In this document: piece by piece, positions 50,401 to 61,200 of the stretch
Numbering within the stretch: position 1 is the first letter of the stretch
How the letters are laid out: the number at the start of each line of letters is the position of its first letter
DNA from: Botryllus schlosseri
Taxonomy: Eukaryota
Assembly: GCA_051294905.1 (NCBI GenBank)
Contig: CM119382.1
Location: 9,796,001-9,860,000, forward strand
DNA: 64,000 bases
Direction of reading: 5' to 3'
Notes under the pieces: model-generated
Databases searched by the model: none
Told to the model about the DNA's origin: nothing
Seen by the model: the letters and a program-made list of their open reading frames with translations, nothing else
Translations under genes and position numbers: made by a program

Positions 50401-53400
50401 TTCTGCTTCAATGACGGGGCGGATTATCGATGGCTTTTTGTTGCGGGCTATTGAACATGACGAAAGGCTGCTTAGTGGATTAAGCCGGGAAGTTGACAGT
50501 TTCGAGCCCCGAAAAATGGCACGCGGCATTGCGCATGTTGAGAAGGTGGTATTGATCAAATAAGTCGGGATTTCAACACTCTGATTGATGCCTGGTTAGT
50601 AAGCATCGCAAATGGAGACATGGGTATCTCCTACATTTCGGAGTTATTCCAATTGAATAGCCCCCGCCAGATCACAGTTCTTCGTAATGATGATACTGTA
50701 TACGGCAACCGCCGGAAGCAAGGTTAGGGAGCCCACCTATTGTGATCTTGGCAATATCACCACAAGAGTTGACCTCGTACAGGGATAATCGGTTTAGTTA
50801 ATCAATTACGGCGGGAACTATTTCACACAGAGCTTCCATGGATGGTGTTAAAGTCCGGATCAGTTTCGTACGCCGAAAATGCTACATGATGTAATTATAA
50901 TGGTGATGTCAGTTGGGATAATGGTATCAGCACAAGTCTTGTATGGTGTAGTACTGAAAAACCACCAGAAGCTTTTATATCCGTGCGAAGACCAACTATA
51001 CATCACGTATAATTTCAAATGGCCCATCCTCGTAGAATCCGCAAAGGGCCGGCGGTAAACGGGTCGGCCCTTGTGAAATCACTTCTCCACAACTCGTGCG
51101 TGGCAGGCTTTGTTATTTCCCGAACAGGTCACGGGTGTAGGCCTCGCAGCGTGTTTTGATTTACCAGCGTATAAGACACAGGCGAAATAATGACGCTACC
51201 AAAAAAGAGGTCCCTCGTAGAATAATCCTCAAAGCTATTTATCGCCGTGTTTATTTTAGATTACACTCCGCGCAGTTGCATACGATCCCGACTGGAAGAG
51301 GTTGTTTTACGCGGGTGTATGTCAACAATAGTTTCTTCCCCGTGAAAGGGACTTTATGCCTTCGTGCCTTCCTGTGCTGTCACGGATAGATGTTATGATT
51401 TCGAATCTATAAACACACGATGAATGACCCCCGACAATCTGTGCCTGATGGAATTCTCTACTTGGACGCCAGAACCACACTGTCACTCAATTAGGGATTA
51501 TATTGCCCCAGATATTCCGATCAATACAGTTACTAAGTAACAAAGGAAGTTGCTAAAATCTATTGAATCCGAACCTATGTTCAAAGCCGCAAATATTTCG
51601 AGGGTCAGCAAGCGGACGTGATCCCGCTCAAGTCAAAAAGTTTGTATTCTGCATTTTTTTAAGGTGCTGACTTCAGATTTCGCCAATCTTCGCTTGTCGA
51701 CGCGATAGCATCCTTATTATACATTAGATATGCCGGGGAATGCAAATTGGATATGGATATGAAATAAAATCTGTGTCTCTGGCTGACATAGTATTTTCAC
51801 ACATGGGTACACTCGCTGATACAAGTATTATGCCGTACGTGTTCGAAAAGTAATTGAATCACCGAGTGACAGATAAATATTGTATGATTACTTATGTTGG
51901 TGATAATTACTTTTCTTGAAAACAACTTATGTTTATGATTCTGCCTTAGTAATGATCGATTCGGTAATGCGCTTCAACTTGCGGCCAGTGGCCGGAAGGC
52001 AAACGCATAACTATAAATGACTATTTGCTGCCTTGCGCGTCCAGTAAATCATGTTTATAAGAAATCCATAAATCGCCCGGACGCACAGGTATTTTGTTTT
52101 CTTTTTGGAAGATGTAAGCAAAAACCAATTTCTTGAAATGACCTAGGGATACCCTGACAGGTTATATTTTTATATTATCATATATTCCACACCGAAGCGA
52201 ATGTGCCGAATGATTGGTATATTTGTCTATGCAGCAAAACCACATTGCTAAAAGTGAGATCATAGTACTTACTCTCATCGCCATTCTTCCGTCTTCCCGG
52301 GTTCGGCCCACTGCAATAATTTGATTGGTTTTATTTACGTATAGGCGGCAGAAAAGTTGACCGATGAGGCAGTGACCATCTCTTTTATCAAGAGAGCCGA
52401 AATCAGTTAGCGAAATGTGCCATTCATCAAAATTACAATTATGACAGAAGGATGAAAAGGATCAAATTACGGTTTCAATACGAAATGGACAGTTCCAAAG
52501 GCTACACCTATACCATAACCATTGCTAACTTTGCGCCGTCCGAATATCATTACGCTGTGATGTATTCATGCGATTGGCCGGTCGAAGCCGGGAGCGGACT
52601 GGATACTTTCATTCTGCAGTTGCAGTAAATGCGCATACGTAAGTCTGAGATTTACAGCTTTCTAATGGTTATAATTAGACCCAGTCGATATTGTATTCTA
52701 AGAAGCTTGTATACATAACAAACCAAATTGCTTCCGAAGTATAATTATCGGGTATAGGTCAGTGTATATTCCATATAAATCCGACAAGGGGCTCTTTTGA
52801 ACGAGATGGGGACTATACGTCATAGGGGTAAAGGTTGCGTCTCGCTTTACAAAACATAGCTGAGACCACATGTAACGAACATTCTGCAAATAACTGTACA
52901 ATGTACATTGCATACATGACGCAATAGCAACAACAACAAAAATGGGGTATAACATCATTTCATGTAAACGGTAACGGGTACCATGTGGCTCGTACCGTCA
53001 CAACGGTCCAAAATTTAGAATTTGATCCGTTGTGATCAGGTGAGTGATACAACATTTCACAGAAGCAATCGTATAAGCAACAAAAGCATTCTTTAAATTT
53101 AATTTAAAAAAGCGGGGGCTACGTGGATTGTGGAATCAGGCGTTACAATGTATGACACGCACCCTCAGCAACGATCCAACATACCTGATACGGTATCAAA
53201 ATATTATTTCTACGTGACCAGCACAGTCGGGATTGACGCTTCATATTTCAACAGACCTTCATTAAGAACTGAATATCTTTACATCTATCTCATCGCGATC
53301 CTTTTCAAGCAGGTGGAGACATGCGCATGCGCACTGCCCAATTGTGTAGCCGTAGCGTATCTATTCGCAACTCTCTCACCGGGTAGGTACAAACCTCCGC

Positions 53401-53618
53401 GGAATGCGCACAGTGATACATGCATTTATAGAGCAGCTACCGAAGAATGTTTTGACTCAATCGATACAATATCCTTATCTCCCCAGTATTGAGAAGGTAT
53501 TTCGAGTATATAGCTAAACAAACATAATAAAATTACCTTTCGGCAAAGTTGGTCCCCCTTACTGTGTTGATGCTAGGAATTTCGACGGGATCTTTCAAAA
53601 TTGAAGTGAATCCCGTTT
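22550..53618 (-). CDS. ROR: ROR-family receptor tyrosine (pseudo)kinase, 18-exon model, 5'-partial (signal peptide exon not located)
   Basis: Exons (5'->3'): 53537-53618, 52273-52310, 49997-50111, 46661-46842, 39089-39122, 38366-38505, 37563-37789, 36881-37081, 36186-36306, 34708-34910, 34347-34472, 29655-29765, 29084-29272, 27707-27885, 25536-25665, 25327-25446, 24480-24610, 22550-23438. All introns are GT-AG and all phases are compatible. The domain order Ig-CRD-kringle-TM-kinase-S/P-rich tail is diagnostic for ROR. Confidence 0.95.
24045..24341. mobile_element. MITE with ~90-bp TIRs in the last ROR intron
   Basis: AAATTTAATA..ACTGGTC.TAATCGAAAGC.AGTGTCGCACT...TTGTCAGGGCAAT is present at 24045-24140 and inverted at 24255-24341. 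Confidence 0.8.
24480..24610 (-). CDS. ROR: ROR exon, kinase end and tail start ([10 protein letters not shown]...QYAQYSG)
   Basis: Resembles the ROR post-kinase EIH-x-x-L-x-x-W segment. Phase 0->2 links the flanking exons; acceptor gtatttcag, donor gtgagt. Confidence 0.85.
24740..25235. repeat. Dispersed AGTAG/TACTCAAGT-rich repeat family; related copies at about 480-700, 23570-23830, 36480-36560 and 44660-44850
   Basis: Shared strings such as GACATGTCAAA.TTAATT and GCAGT.AATCGGAAGTG between copies; probably a non-autonomous DNA transposon. Boundaries are approximate. Confidence 0.6.
25327..25446 (-). CDS. ROR: ROR exon, kinase subdomains X-XI ([31 protein letters not shown])
   Basis: CP-x-x-CP-x-R-x-Y-x-LM-x-ECW...RP-x-F; acceptor cttttggcag, donor gtgagg. 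Confidence 0.95.
25536..25665 (-). CDS. ROR: ROR exon, kinase subdomains VIII-IX (WMAPE...[29 protein letters not shown])
   Basis: WMAPE, WSFGV-x-x-WE and YG-x-QPY-x-GYSNQE as in RORs; acceptor ttccttcag, donor gtgaga. Confidence 0.95.
25963..27252. mobile_element. hAT non-autonomous element, CAGGGCCGTAAC family, 1290 bp, with an internal tandem duplication
   Basis: TIR CAGCACCGTAAC / GTTACGGCCCTG; TSD GATATAAC (25955-25962, 27253-27260). The module at about 26570-26740 is repeated at about 26895-27060. Confidence 0.9.
27707..27885 (-). CDS. ROR: ROR exon, catalytic loop and activation segment (IASGMEYL...HRDLAARN...[18 protein letters not shown]...LPIR)
   Basis: HRDLAARN and YxxxYY present; the DFG position reads NLD. 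Acceptor ctgttttgtag, donor gtatgg. Confidence 0.95.
29084..29272 (-). CDS. ROR: ROR exon, kinase hinge and insert (CMIFEY...[15 protein letters not shown]...DFINMMTQ)
   Basis: MIFEY...DL-x-EFL and the ROR-typical SP-x-SDV insert; acceptor tttgttcag, donor gtcagt. Confidence 0.93.
29655..29765 (-). CDS. ROR: ROR exon, kinase subdomains II-IV (VAVKTL...EFQSEM...[10 protein letters not shown])
   Basis: VAVK lysine, alphaC Glu and HPN; acceptor gatttcag, donor gtgtgt. Confidence 0.92.
30203..30493. mobile_element. Buster-type hAT MITE, 291 bp
   Basis: TIR CAGTGGTTCTCAACCT / AGGTTGAGAACCACTG; TSD CTCTAGAG. Confidence 0.93.
34347..34472 (-). CDS. ROR: ROR exon, kinase subdomain I ([18 protein letters not shown])
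   Basis: Canonical GxGxFG loop; acceptor gattacag, donor gtaagt. Confidence 0.93.
34708..34910 (-). CDS. ROR: ROR exon, transmembrane and juxtamembrane ([30 protein letters not shown])
   Basis: Hydrophobic run with the ROR-typical IL(I/V)PS...P, followed by a CCR basic stop-transfer signal; acceptor tcttttcag, donor gtgaga. Confidence 0.93.
35427..35855. mobile_element. hAT MITE, TAGGGTTGCATT family, 429 bp
   Basis: TIR TAGGGTTGCATTTAAAA / TTTTAAATGCAGCCCTA; TSD ATTACCAT (35419-35426, 35856-35863). Confidence 0.92.
36186..36306 (-). CDS. ROR: ROR exon, kringle second half ([15 protein letters not shown]...PWCF...CDVSHC)
   Basis: Kringle HN-x-CRNP and PWCF signature; acceptor ttttgttttcag, donor gtgagt. 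Confidence 0.95.
36881..37081 (-). CDS. ROR: ROR exon, CRD end and kringle start ([11 protein letters not shown]...SGLKCQTW)
   Basis: Kringle CY-x-x-x-G-x-x-YRG...SG-x-x-CQ-x-W; acceptor ctcttcacag, donor gtaacg. Confidence 0.93.
37563..37789 (-). CDS. ROR: ROR exon, CRD core ([20 protein letters not shown]...[19 protein letters not shown])
   Basis: Matches the ROR CRD pattern C-x-x-FA-x-P-x-LC...FP-x-C and LCR-x-x-C-E-x-L; acceptor ccttctctcgccacag, donor gtataa. Confidence 0.93.
38366..38505 (-). CDS. ROR: ROR exon, Frizzled-like CRD start ([23 protein letters not shown]...)
   Basis: G-x-C-x-x-Y-x-G-x-A-C pattern of ROR CRDs; acceptor cgttacag, donor gtaggt. Confidence 0.92.
39089..39122 (-). 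CDS. ROR: ROR 34-nt microexon, Ig-CRD linker ([12 protein letters not shown])
   Basis: Acceptor tttttttttgttgacag, donor gtgagt. Phase 1->2 is exactly what is needed between the Ig and CRD exons. Confidence 0.8.
42690..42832. mobile_element. Short hAT MITE, TAGGGTTGCATT family, 143 bp
   Basis: TIR TGGGGTTGCATTT / AAATGCAACTCTA; TSD CCTATAGG (42682-42689, 42833-42840). Confidence 0.88.
43038..43161 (-). mobile_element. tRNA-derived SINE, 5' part
   Basis: The minus strand has an A-box-like TGGCGTAATGG and a B-box GGGTTCAATCCC, followed by GGCCGGGTCAGACC.AAGAC...AAAACTGGTA, a non-tRNA body typical of invertebrate tRNA-SINEs. Confidence 0.7.
44240..44598. mobile_element. Foldback element with CATTACCGAGAATGGA subterminal arrays
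   Basis: About 9 direct units at 44250-44385 and about 5 inverted units at 44512-44590; flanks acctcagat / tcctcagat (8/9). Confidence 0.85.
46661..46842 (-). CDS. ROR: ROR exon, Ig domain second half (YRSNQ...[37 protein letters not shown])
   Basis: DSGxYxC motif; acceptor ctactcag, donor gtaagt; phase 2->1. Confidence 0.95.
47853..48405. mobile_element. hAT MITE with GACTCGAGTC palindromic repeats, 553 bp
   Basis: TIR CAGGGTTGTAA / TTACAACCCTG; TSD GATCGCGG (47845-47852, 48406-48413). Confidence 0.92.
49997..50111 (-). CDS. ROR: ROR exon, Ig domain first half ([38 protein letters not shown])
   Basis: Ig I-set pattern FKC-x-V-x-G-x-P...W; acceptor tttcag, donor gtgagt. The Trp codon is split TG|G with the next exon. 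Confidence 0.92.
52273..52310 (-). CDS. ROR: ROR 38-nt microexon ([14 protein letters not shown])
   Basis: Acceptor attattgcag, donor gtaagt. Phase 2->1 bridges the 53537 exon and the first Ig exon in frame. Confidence 0.65.
53537..53618 (-). CDS. ROR: ROR exon, N-terminal pre-Ig segment ([27 protein letters not shown])
   Basis: Acceptor ttctttgcag, donor gtaatt. Open only as phase 1->2, which matches the next 38-nt exon. Confidence 0.6.
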
Positions 53619-54980
53619 CTGCAAAGAAGAATGTCTAATACAGTCTTATACATATTAGGAAAGGAAAATAATTAGATATAACACAACACTACCCTACGCA
53701 TGTCTTGTATATGTATGTATTGTATACATATACATACCGTATGCATATTTGGTATACACAGAGCATGCTACTTTTGCAGAATGCAGGCACTGCAATGTTG
53801 CGGCGAACAGTATGTAATGACCGTAAATTTCAATTTACTATAATGTAGCTAAGAATAATATGTTTTCGGGTATAGTTTCGCTACAGTTTGGTAGGAGCAA
53901 AGGCGCATTTCGACACCAACAAAAACATTTTTACCACCAGATTACAGGCTACAAATATAGGCAGAACTATGACAAATCGATTTCCACTTAAGCACACAGT
54001 GGCTGCGTAATTTTTTTCGCGGTTGTTGTACGGCCACAGACCAGAAGCTGCAACGTGACCTAGACTATTCTGGGTTATGCGAACTTGATTCAAAGCATTG
54101 TCAGTCTGGTAATAAAAAAGAATCCAGAACTTTAATGACGCTATTAATAAACAGCTCGCTCGACTCCGTGTGTTATAGCAATTTTTGCAGAAAAGTACAG
54201 GTGGCGTTTTTACTTTCGGGAAATATCTACAGCTCGGCAAATCAAAAGTCAGCACATATCACTATCGACGCAATAGACGCAAGCACGGGTGCTGTTTTGG
54301 TCATTCGGTATATTTTAATCGGTCTAATATCTCCAATGTCGCTGTCTAACTAATCGTGGCGATAAAATGCTCGAAATTCTTCGCCGACAGAAACTGTCAC
54401 TTCTACGAGCGCGGTAGAAATGTCAGACACATTTAGAAAGGTTCAGTAGACAGTACACGACTTATCGACATTGATTGTGACGTCCGTTCGCATCGCTAAC
54501 TCCCTCGCGACTGGTTTTACGGCAAGATTGCATCACTACGAAATGCGACTTGTCCAATATTTGAAGATTTGCTAACTGGTTTCCGCAATCTTAGATTGAC
54601 GCGGACACGTCACGATATTGTAGCAAGTTTATAAGAGTGTCATGTCGATGTATTCTGGATTGTTCCGTATCGCAATCTCAATATCCAGTTGCATTAAGCA
54701 CTAAAACGTTTACAAAAATAACTACTTAAACAATTCACGAGAAATCACCTATATTTTTTGTAGCTCATCGTTGCGCTGCAATTCGGATATCGCATCAAAA
54801 AACTTTGCGATTATCGAATAATTTTCGCAATAAAACAGACCACGGGTATGAAAACTTTGCGTGCGCTCTGCACCTTCACGCCGCTTTCATCAAGAGATTT
54901 AAAGAACCGTCGACTGTCAACCATGTTCGCTCTTCCCTGTCATATTGTAATTTCGCGGATGTAAAATCGATCTGGTAAAC

Positions 54981-55241
54981 GGTTCGTAGACATATGAGCT
55001 TGAGCATGCGACATTATCGCATGCGACACATGAGCATGTGGGTTAAATTACGGGTTAGGGTTAAATTTAGGCTTGGGTCAGGACAAGACAAGGTTTGTGG
55101 TTTGGACAGAGATAGCAAATAATTTCAGGGTTATGTTTAGTGTTGGGGTTGTAAAGTCAGATGCTGAAGTGACACATGCTAAAGTGTCCAATGCTTAACT
55201 GTCGTTTTCCATTGTGTCGCATGCTGATATGTCGGGCAACC
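54981..55241. mobile_element. Small foldback/MULE-like element with an internal GGTTAGGGTT tract
   Basis: TIR GGTT....GACATAT.AGC with ATGCGACA subrepeats; flanks ctggtaaac / atggtaaac (8/9). Confidence 0.7.
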
Positions 55242-58200
55242 ATGGTAAACCACCCGATATTTCATGACCTCACACACAGACAATATTCGGAAGTAGTACG
55301 GGCTGTAATAAACAAAACTCGGATTATTTTCCGTCTGTTTAGCGAGGTTCCTGTTCAATCACCATTCCCCATCGGGTGGTGTCAAAGACGTAATTGTGTA
55401 CTCGCGCGACACGTAACTTCCTACGCAGTCACATTTCTTGATTGGCGACGCAAACATTACTATAATGGCAACATGGGCATTGGACAATATGCGTTGCGCA
55501 TCAGTTTAACTGAGCGAAGCTTTAGTTTTGAAATCGGAGATGGGTTTTAATGGTGACGTTTCAGTATTAGCCAGCGCTTTGAGATCGTGACTTCAATGAA
55601 ACTGCCGCGTGTCACATTGGAATTGTACTGTGTCTTTATGTTGAGTACTCTATACCATCTTTTAATAAACCATATTAGATCTCATCATTGTTATGGTGTC
55701 CCCGCATTGGCACTTGTACGCGAAACATGTTCTATGATAATACACAGGGGTGGAATTTATACCCGGGGGGTATATTAATTCATATTTGATAATATCACCC
55801 AATTACTAATACATAACACACATAACAACGATATGAATCCCGTGAGAATTGAAATGTGTTTAGCCATAGTTTCGAAATGTCAATCGTAAATGACGACCAA
55901 TTACATTCACATTTTGTATTCAATTCAAACACAGTTGCTTCAGAAACCAGCTGCACAAAGTTAGTTACCAGTTTTTTTTATAGAAAGGCATCATAAAGCA
56001 TCACTTTAACGCTATATGTCGTTGGTCGGTTCAGTACATCGTGCAGATCACGCCAATAATGAAGCATACCAAGAAAGGACTTTATTGATTCGCTTTCGAT
56101 TGGATTCTTCGTTCTGGGAAGATTGCACTTGTGGTCGACTTATAGCCTCGTCATAATCTTGTTACGGTTACCGGGCCACACGAAATGCGCGCAGCGCGTC
56201 TGACATTAGCACTCGTACGACAAGTACACCGTCGTAGTGGGCAGTTGTGTAAATACCGTCGAGTTTTCCGCGTGTCTCGAATTCATTTGGGTGTTGAGAC
56301 CCGGCATTTTGGCTGTGATGAGACCAGACGTTCGCGACTTGGTATTTATTGGAATGACTGGACCCTTGAAACACCTACTTTTTCAAGACTGGTAACACGT
56401 AATACATTCCCATCGATCATGTCTTGTTGGTATAAATCCCCTCGAATTGTGTTTTTCCTACGGATTAAGGGGAAAATTCTACTTCATGGCGTCGCGGGTA
56501 TGTTTCATGTTGTCACACACGTTCAACGCGTCTGGAACGGGGATCACCGCCGACCGACGAATGCTGTTTCTAGCATTAGAATAATCCACTTTGTTTTCAT
56601 TGCCTTCCCAGCCGTCTTGATTTTGTACAAAATAAGGTGATTCAATACACGCAAATCCACCGTAAGACCGGTGTGAAATGGGGAACCGCGCTATTCGTCA
56701 ACCTTTCGAAAGCCCTCTAGCCCACTCAACCAATGGAACGGGGACTCGGCTTTTGAAACGAAGAGCAACAAGCATACTCGAAGAATTAATACTTTTCCAT
56801 TCCCATGTGAGCCACAGGCTACTTCAAAAGCGCGCCTTTAACACACATCGCCACCAGCGCCGAATGGTTGCAATTTCTATGAAAATCTACCAAAAACAGA
56901 ATTTGCAAAACTACGGATTACCAGCTTTATGACTACATTACAATAATGGTATCCCTACACAAAACAGCGTGGCCGATGGCGTGTGTTCTTATCTGTATAT
57001 CAGTTCTATACCTCTTCTATAAGAAATATCAAGGATTATAGATGCTATAACCCTATATTACCATGTCTACACTACATTTCACGTCCTATGTCAGTAAACT
57101 AATTAAAGTCAATCCCAAAGTTTCAAAGCGAAGAACTACGACATCCGGATTCCAACATGGAATCCGAAACCACCGAGACACATCCGCAACATATTTTAAT
57201 GGGCCTAATATTTGTTCCGAATCAGTTAATGAAGGCTTTGCATCGTTTTAGGAGACCTATCACTTTTTGCCGCAACGCGCGTAATTACCGGCGTGGAAGG
57301 CAAAATATCGTGAAAGTATTTGTTCAACGCCATGAGATCGGCGAGGTTTAAATCGATCGCGAAAGTTAGATTTACATTTCACAAATAGAGAGCGTTTGGA
57401 TAACACGGAAAGTCGACAACATACCGGCAGCAGTAACATAAAGTGATATCTAATATGTCACTTCGTGTAAAACCGCAACCATACGGAGCGTGAAATTGCG
57501 AACGTGACAGCATCTTGCATAGGCATGCCAGTGGGTGTGCGCAGTGTGGTGTCGACAGGGATTCTGCTAAGAGCAACCCTTTATCGGAGCAGCGTTGAGG
57601 TACCGAAGTTTAGTTGAGGATGGTTCTCGGTGGAAATTCTGAATCCAACACCGAAACCATGCTACGTTATTTTTTAATATCCACGCCACAGAACTGACAA
57701 TAATTCACAGTTGATCTACCACGATTGTGAATCGCGCCAACCCTCATTTTTATATCTATTTTTGGTGAAAATCAAGCATTTCAGAATTGAAATGCTGCAT
57801 CACCTTTAAGCCCTTCCGTCAGTATATCAAGTTCAACCTGACGCCGCGCCATCCGGTAGCGTATCTGATGAGGGTTATCACTTTTCCTTTGACCCAAAAG
57901 CCCCCATGAACATTCCGTCCGAAAGTGGTTCATTATACTCAACTTGTCGCTGGCGATGACCCGAATCTTGAGTGGCATGTCGAGCGGCCAGCACTTGGCA
58001 TGATTCCGTTCGTTGGAATTAGCGGGTGTTGCAGTCGCCATGAACTCTATTTAACCGCGGCTTCACTGATAGCTTGCGTAGATAAACAATTCCGAGTACC
58101 AGCCACTGCGCAATACCATTCGCCTTTGAGGCGATTTAAACCGGTTGGAAGTCATGTATTTACCTATAGAGCTTAGTGATTTCGCCCGCACAGACCAGGC

Positions 58201-61200
58201 TTGAAATTACAACGCAAAGGCATATTAGTAACATTTGTCAAGATACAAGACGACACAGTTCAGGTAGTTGGGTTAGTTGATAATATTTATCCCACTTACT
58301 TACTATGACGCAAACACAACCCGATTTCACAAACTTTCCTGAAATCTGCAGGTATATTTCGACTTGTATCAATAGACCGTGCTACGCTTGAGACATAGAA
58401 AGTATTTACGTTGAATTTTCAAAGGTGGATCCGTTTACATGAAAGTGCAAAGTAATTTAAAGTCCTTCATAGCAGTGACATTATCTCTTGTAAGATCTAT
58501 TTAGCACACAACCCCTCCTCATGTGGGCGTAGAGTGCCCCTTTCAACTACCGTAACCTAGGTGGAACGTTACTCTGCCTGTATGAAAGCAAAGCCACTCC
58601 AAATTTGTTTGCATGGCACGAAAGATTTACTCATGCTTAGATGATAGTACGAAAGGGAACATCATACGCTAAACGGCCTCACATTTGCGCACCAACAGCG
58701 TGATAACTGAGAAGTGTAACGCGGAAGACATTATATAAATAAGGATGCCTATGGGTCCTGACTAGCTCGATAGGTGATTATCAGCAATATATGGCTAGGT
58801 AGTAGGTATTGGTGGGAGAGTAGGCGACTGTACTGTTGTTTCAGGTTGTCCACGTATAAGATTAATATTACGTCATTATTCCGCGCTTGATTATGTGATT
58901 TGTTTCTGATTGCAATTCATTCATTTTACTTCTATCGTTCAAGTAGCTCGAAATAACTATGGCGATGTAGATGCATCAATAACTACCGCCCACCGCTTAT
59001 TTTTTATGAAAACATACATTTGCGGATACTAAACTAGTCATTCATCTTGGCGGCGTAGCATAAGAAGCTCATGTTGAACTACAGCTACTGGGGTAAGGAA
59101 ATGATGCTGACGTGAAACGTGCTTGCTATCCTGCGATAGCTTGACTGATGGACGCCTGAACAGCCTTGCGAATGTGCAAACTGTAATAAATAGACAGAAC
59201 ACCGGTATTTTTGACATTCTGTTTGCAATCACTCACCATACCGAAATATCGATGTTATCGAGAGTCAACAAAATCATCTTCAAGCAGGGTCTGCATGAAA
59301 ATGCTATGTCCTGAGTTGAAAATATAATTTTACTCTGAAAGCAGGTTGGAGCTTGGAGGTAATATTATTACCGATGTTGGCTGACTTCAAGTAGTAGATG
59401 GCAGCCAATGACATTTCCAAATTGTGTGAAATTCACACTGTGTGTGTCCAAACATCTTGATGATTGCAATTATAATACGATGTATAAAAAACACCGAAAA
59501 TGCCCCGAGGAGCAATTCGAATTTGACGAACAGTAATGAACTATAATCGGGTATTCAGCGACTGGCGTTTGCGGCTGCAATTTCGACATATCCCCACACA
59601 TTTTAATCTTCCGTAATCCGCTATCGTTTCTACATAATATGGAAGACGCTTACATCCCAACGTACTCCGCAATCACGCGGTGGTACCGTGGATGTTTGTA
59701 GTTCTGAGATTCCAAAAGCCGGCATACACACAATACAACAGGAGTGATAATGTTATGAAGCCCCAGAATTCAATCGGACAAGTCAGGACGATACTGCCAA
59801 TCGAAATGTCTGCGCATTGACAAGAGTCAAGTGTTAAGAGTCGATGGGTACTTCCCACGACCGTAACGACAATAAGGAAGGCGTCAAAATGCAGTATCCC
59901 AGCTGAGGGAGGCTTGCATGATAATTATATCAAACGGCTTTTCGCTATATCGCCATTACTCATTACTTTGCGGAACATTTGGACACATAAGTAGCACCGG
60001 GAAAGACGCGTTGAGCTTCGTCTAGCTGCAAGAGTCGAGGCAGGGTTAATTCCTTCTTAACCGCGATAGCGAAGCAACAGAGCATAATGAAGCTCTATTA
60101 TCCCCAGAGAGCTAATCAACCAGGCTTGGAGATCTGAGTTGGTTTTCTCTCAAACATGAATTAACAAATTGATCGCTAATAAGGAAGCGATCCAAATCGC
60201 ATCAGTTCTAGCTGGTGCCCTTCTGCTGTTACATGTGTCATAAAACTATAGTCGGCTTGCAATAGCACAACGCAATACACATGATGCGCGCAATAGAGAT
60301 ATGTGATTATTACCACGTCCAGCATTGCCGTATTTCAATCATATGGAATCCTACATATATCGAGTCCTATTATGTGGATGTTCTATGATAGAACCATGAA
60401 GCCATTTAACTCACTAATATTCAAAATAAACTATATATCATATTTGGAGATCGTGTGAAATTACAGAAAATGATCGCGAGTAACGGCCGTGTGTCTATTG
60501 TTGTTGCGATGCCTAATTAACGGTTGTCTCCATCATTTACCGCACAAGCATCACTTGAAGTCCTCAGGAAAAGCTTAACCCTCGAATTCAGTCCAAACAC
60601 GATCTCCACAGGCCACTTGACATTGCTAACCCCTCTCTTTTAGCACTTCGCCCAATTCTTTCCGTGGCCTACAGTGACCTTTTGTTGTCGAAATTGAAAC
60701 GCTTCCTGTCATTGTCGTGGCATAAAGGGCGATAAAATGCGGAAAATGAAATGTCTGGTTTTGTCTAATTTCTTTGTTTTACCTTACTAGTTCCCATGAC
60801 CATGAATTAATGTAATATCGACTGGCATTAATCGAGGCTACAATGCGATTTGGGATAGGTAATCGATTATATTCGCTGAACCTACTTACAAAAAAAATTT
60901 GATCAGTTGCGAATATGCTGTAACAAGGGAGGGGAACATAAAATATGTGAAACTATCGGATTATTGGATTTCTTTGCATGTAATCCGCTATTCCAAGTCA
61001 CCCGCGATAGTGCCACGAATCTGCCGCAGGATTAATAATATGGTCTTTGGTCTGCCAAGTTACGCCATGTTTGAAAACCCATTCCTGCATCTTCTACGCT
61101 ACATACGCCTGTAGCGTAATGTTGACCTCAATCTGTTCGCAAAGTTTGGTTAATATGTAATCCAAGAATGTCACAAGAAACAATAAGGTTTGCCATGCAT

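Noticed and set aside
52698-52958. Signal-peptide-like [15 protein letters not shown] as an alternative ROR first exon
   Set aside because: Only a weak phase-2 donor (gtggtc) could join it to 52310, and it lies downstream of a better-supported exon.
55272-55300. Exon-like segment with a strong acceptor upstream of the ROR exon at 53618
   Set aside because: The only phase-compatible reading creates T|AA (a stop) at the junction.
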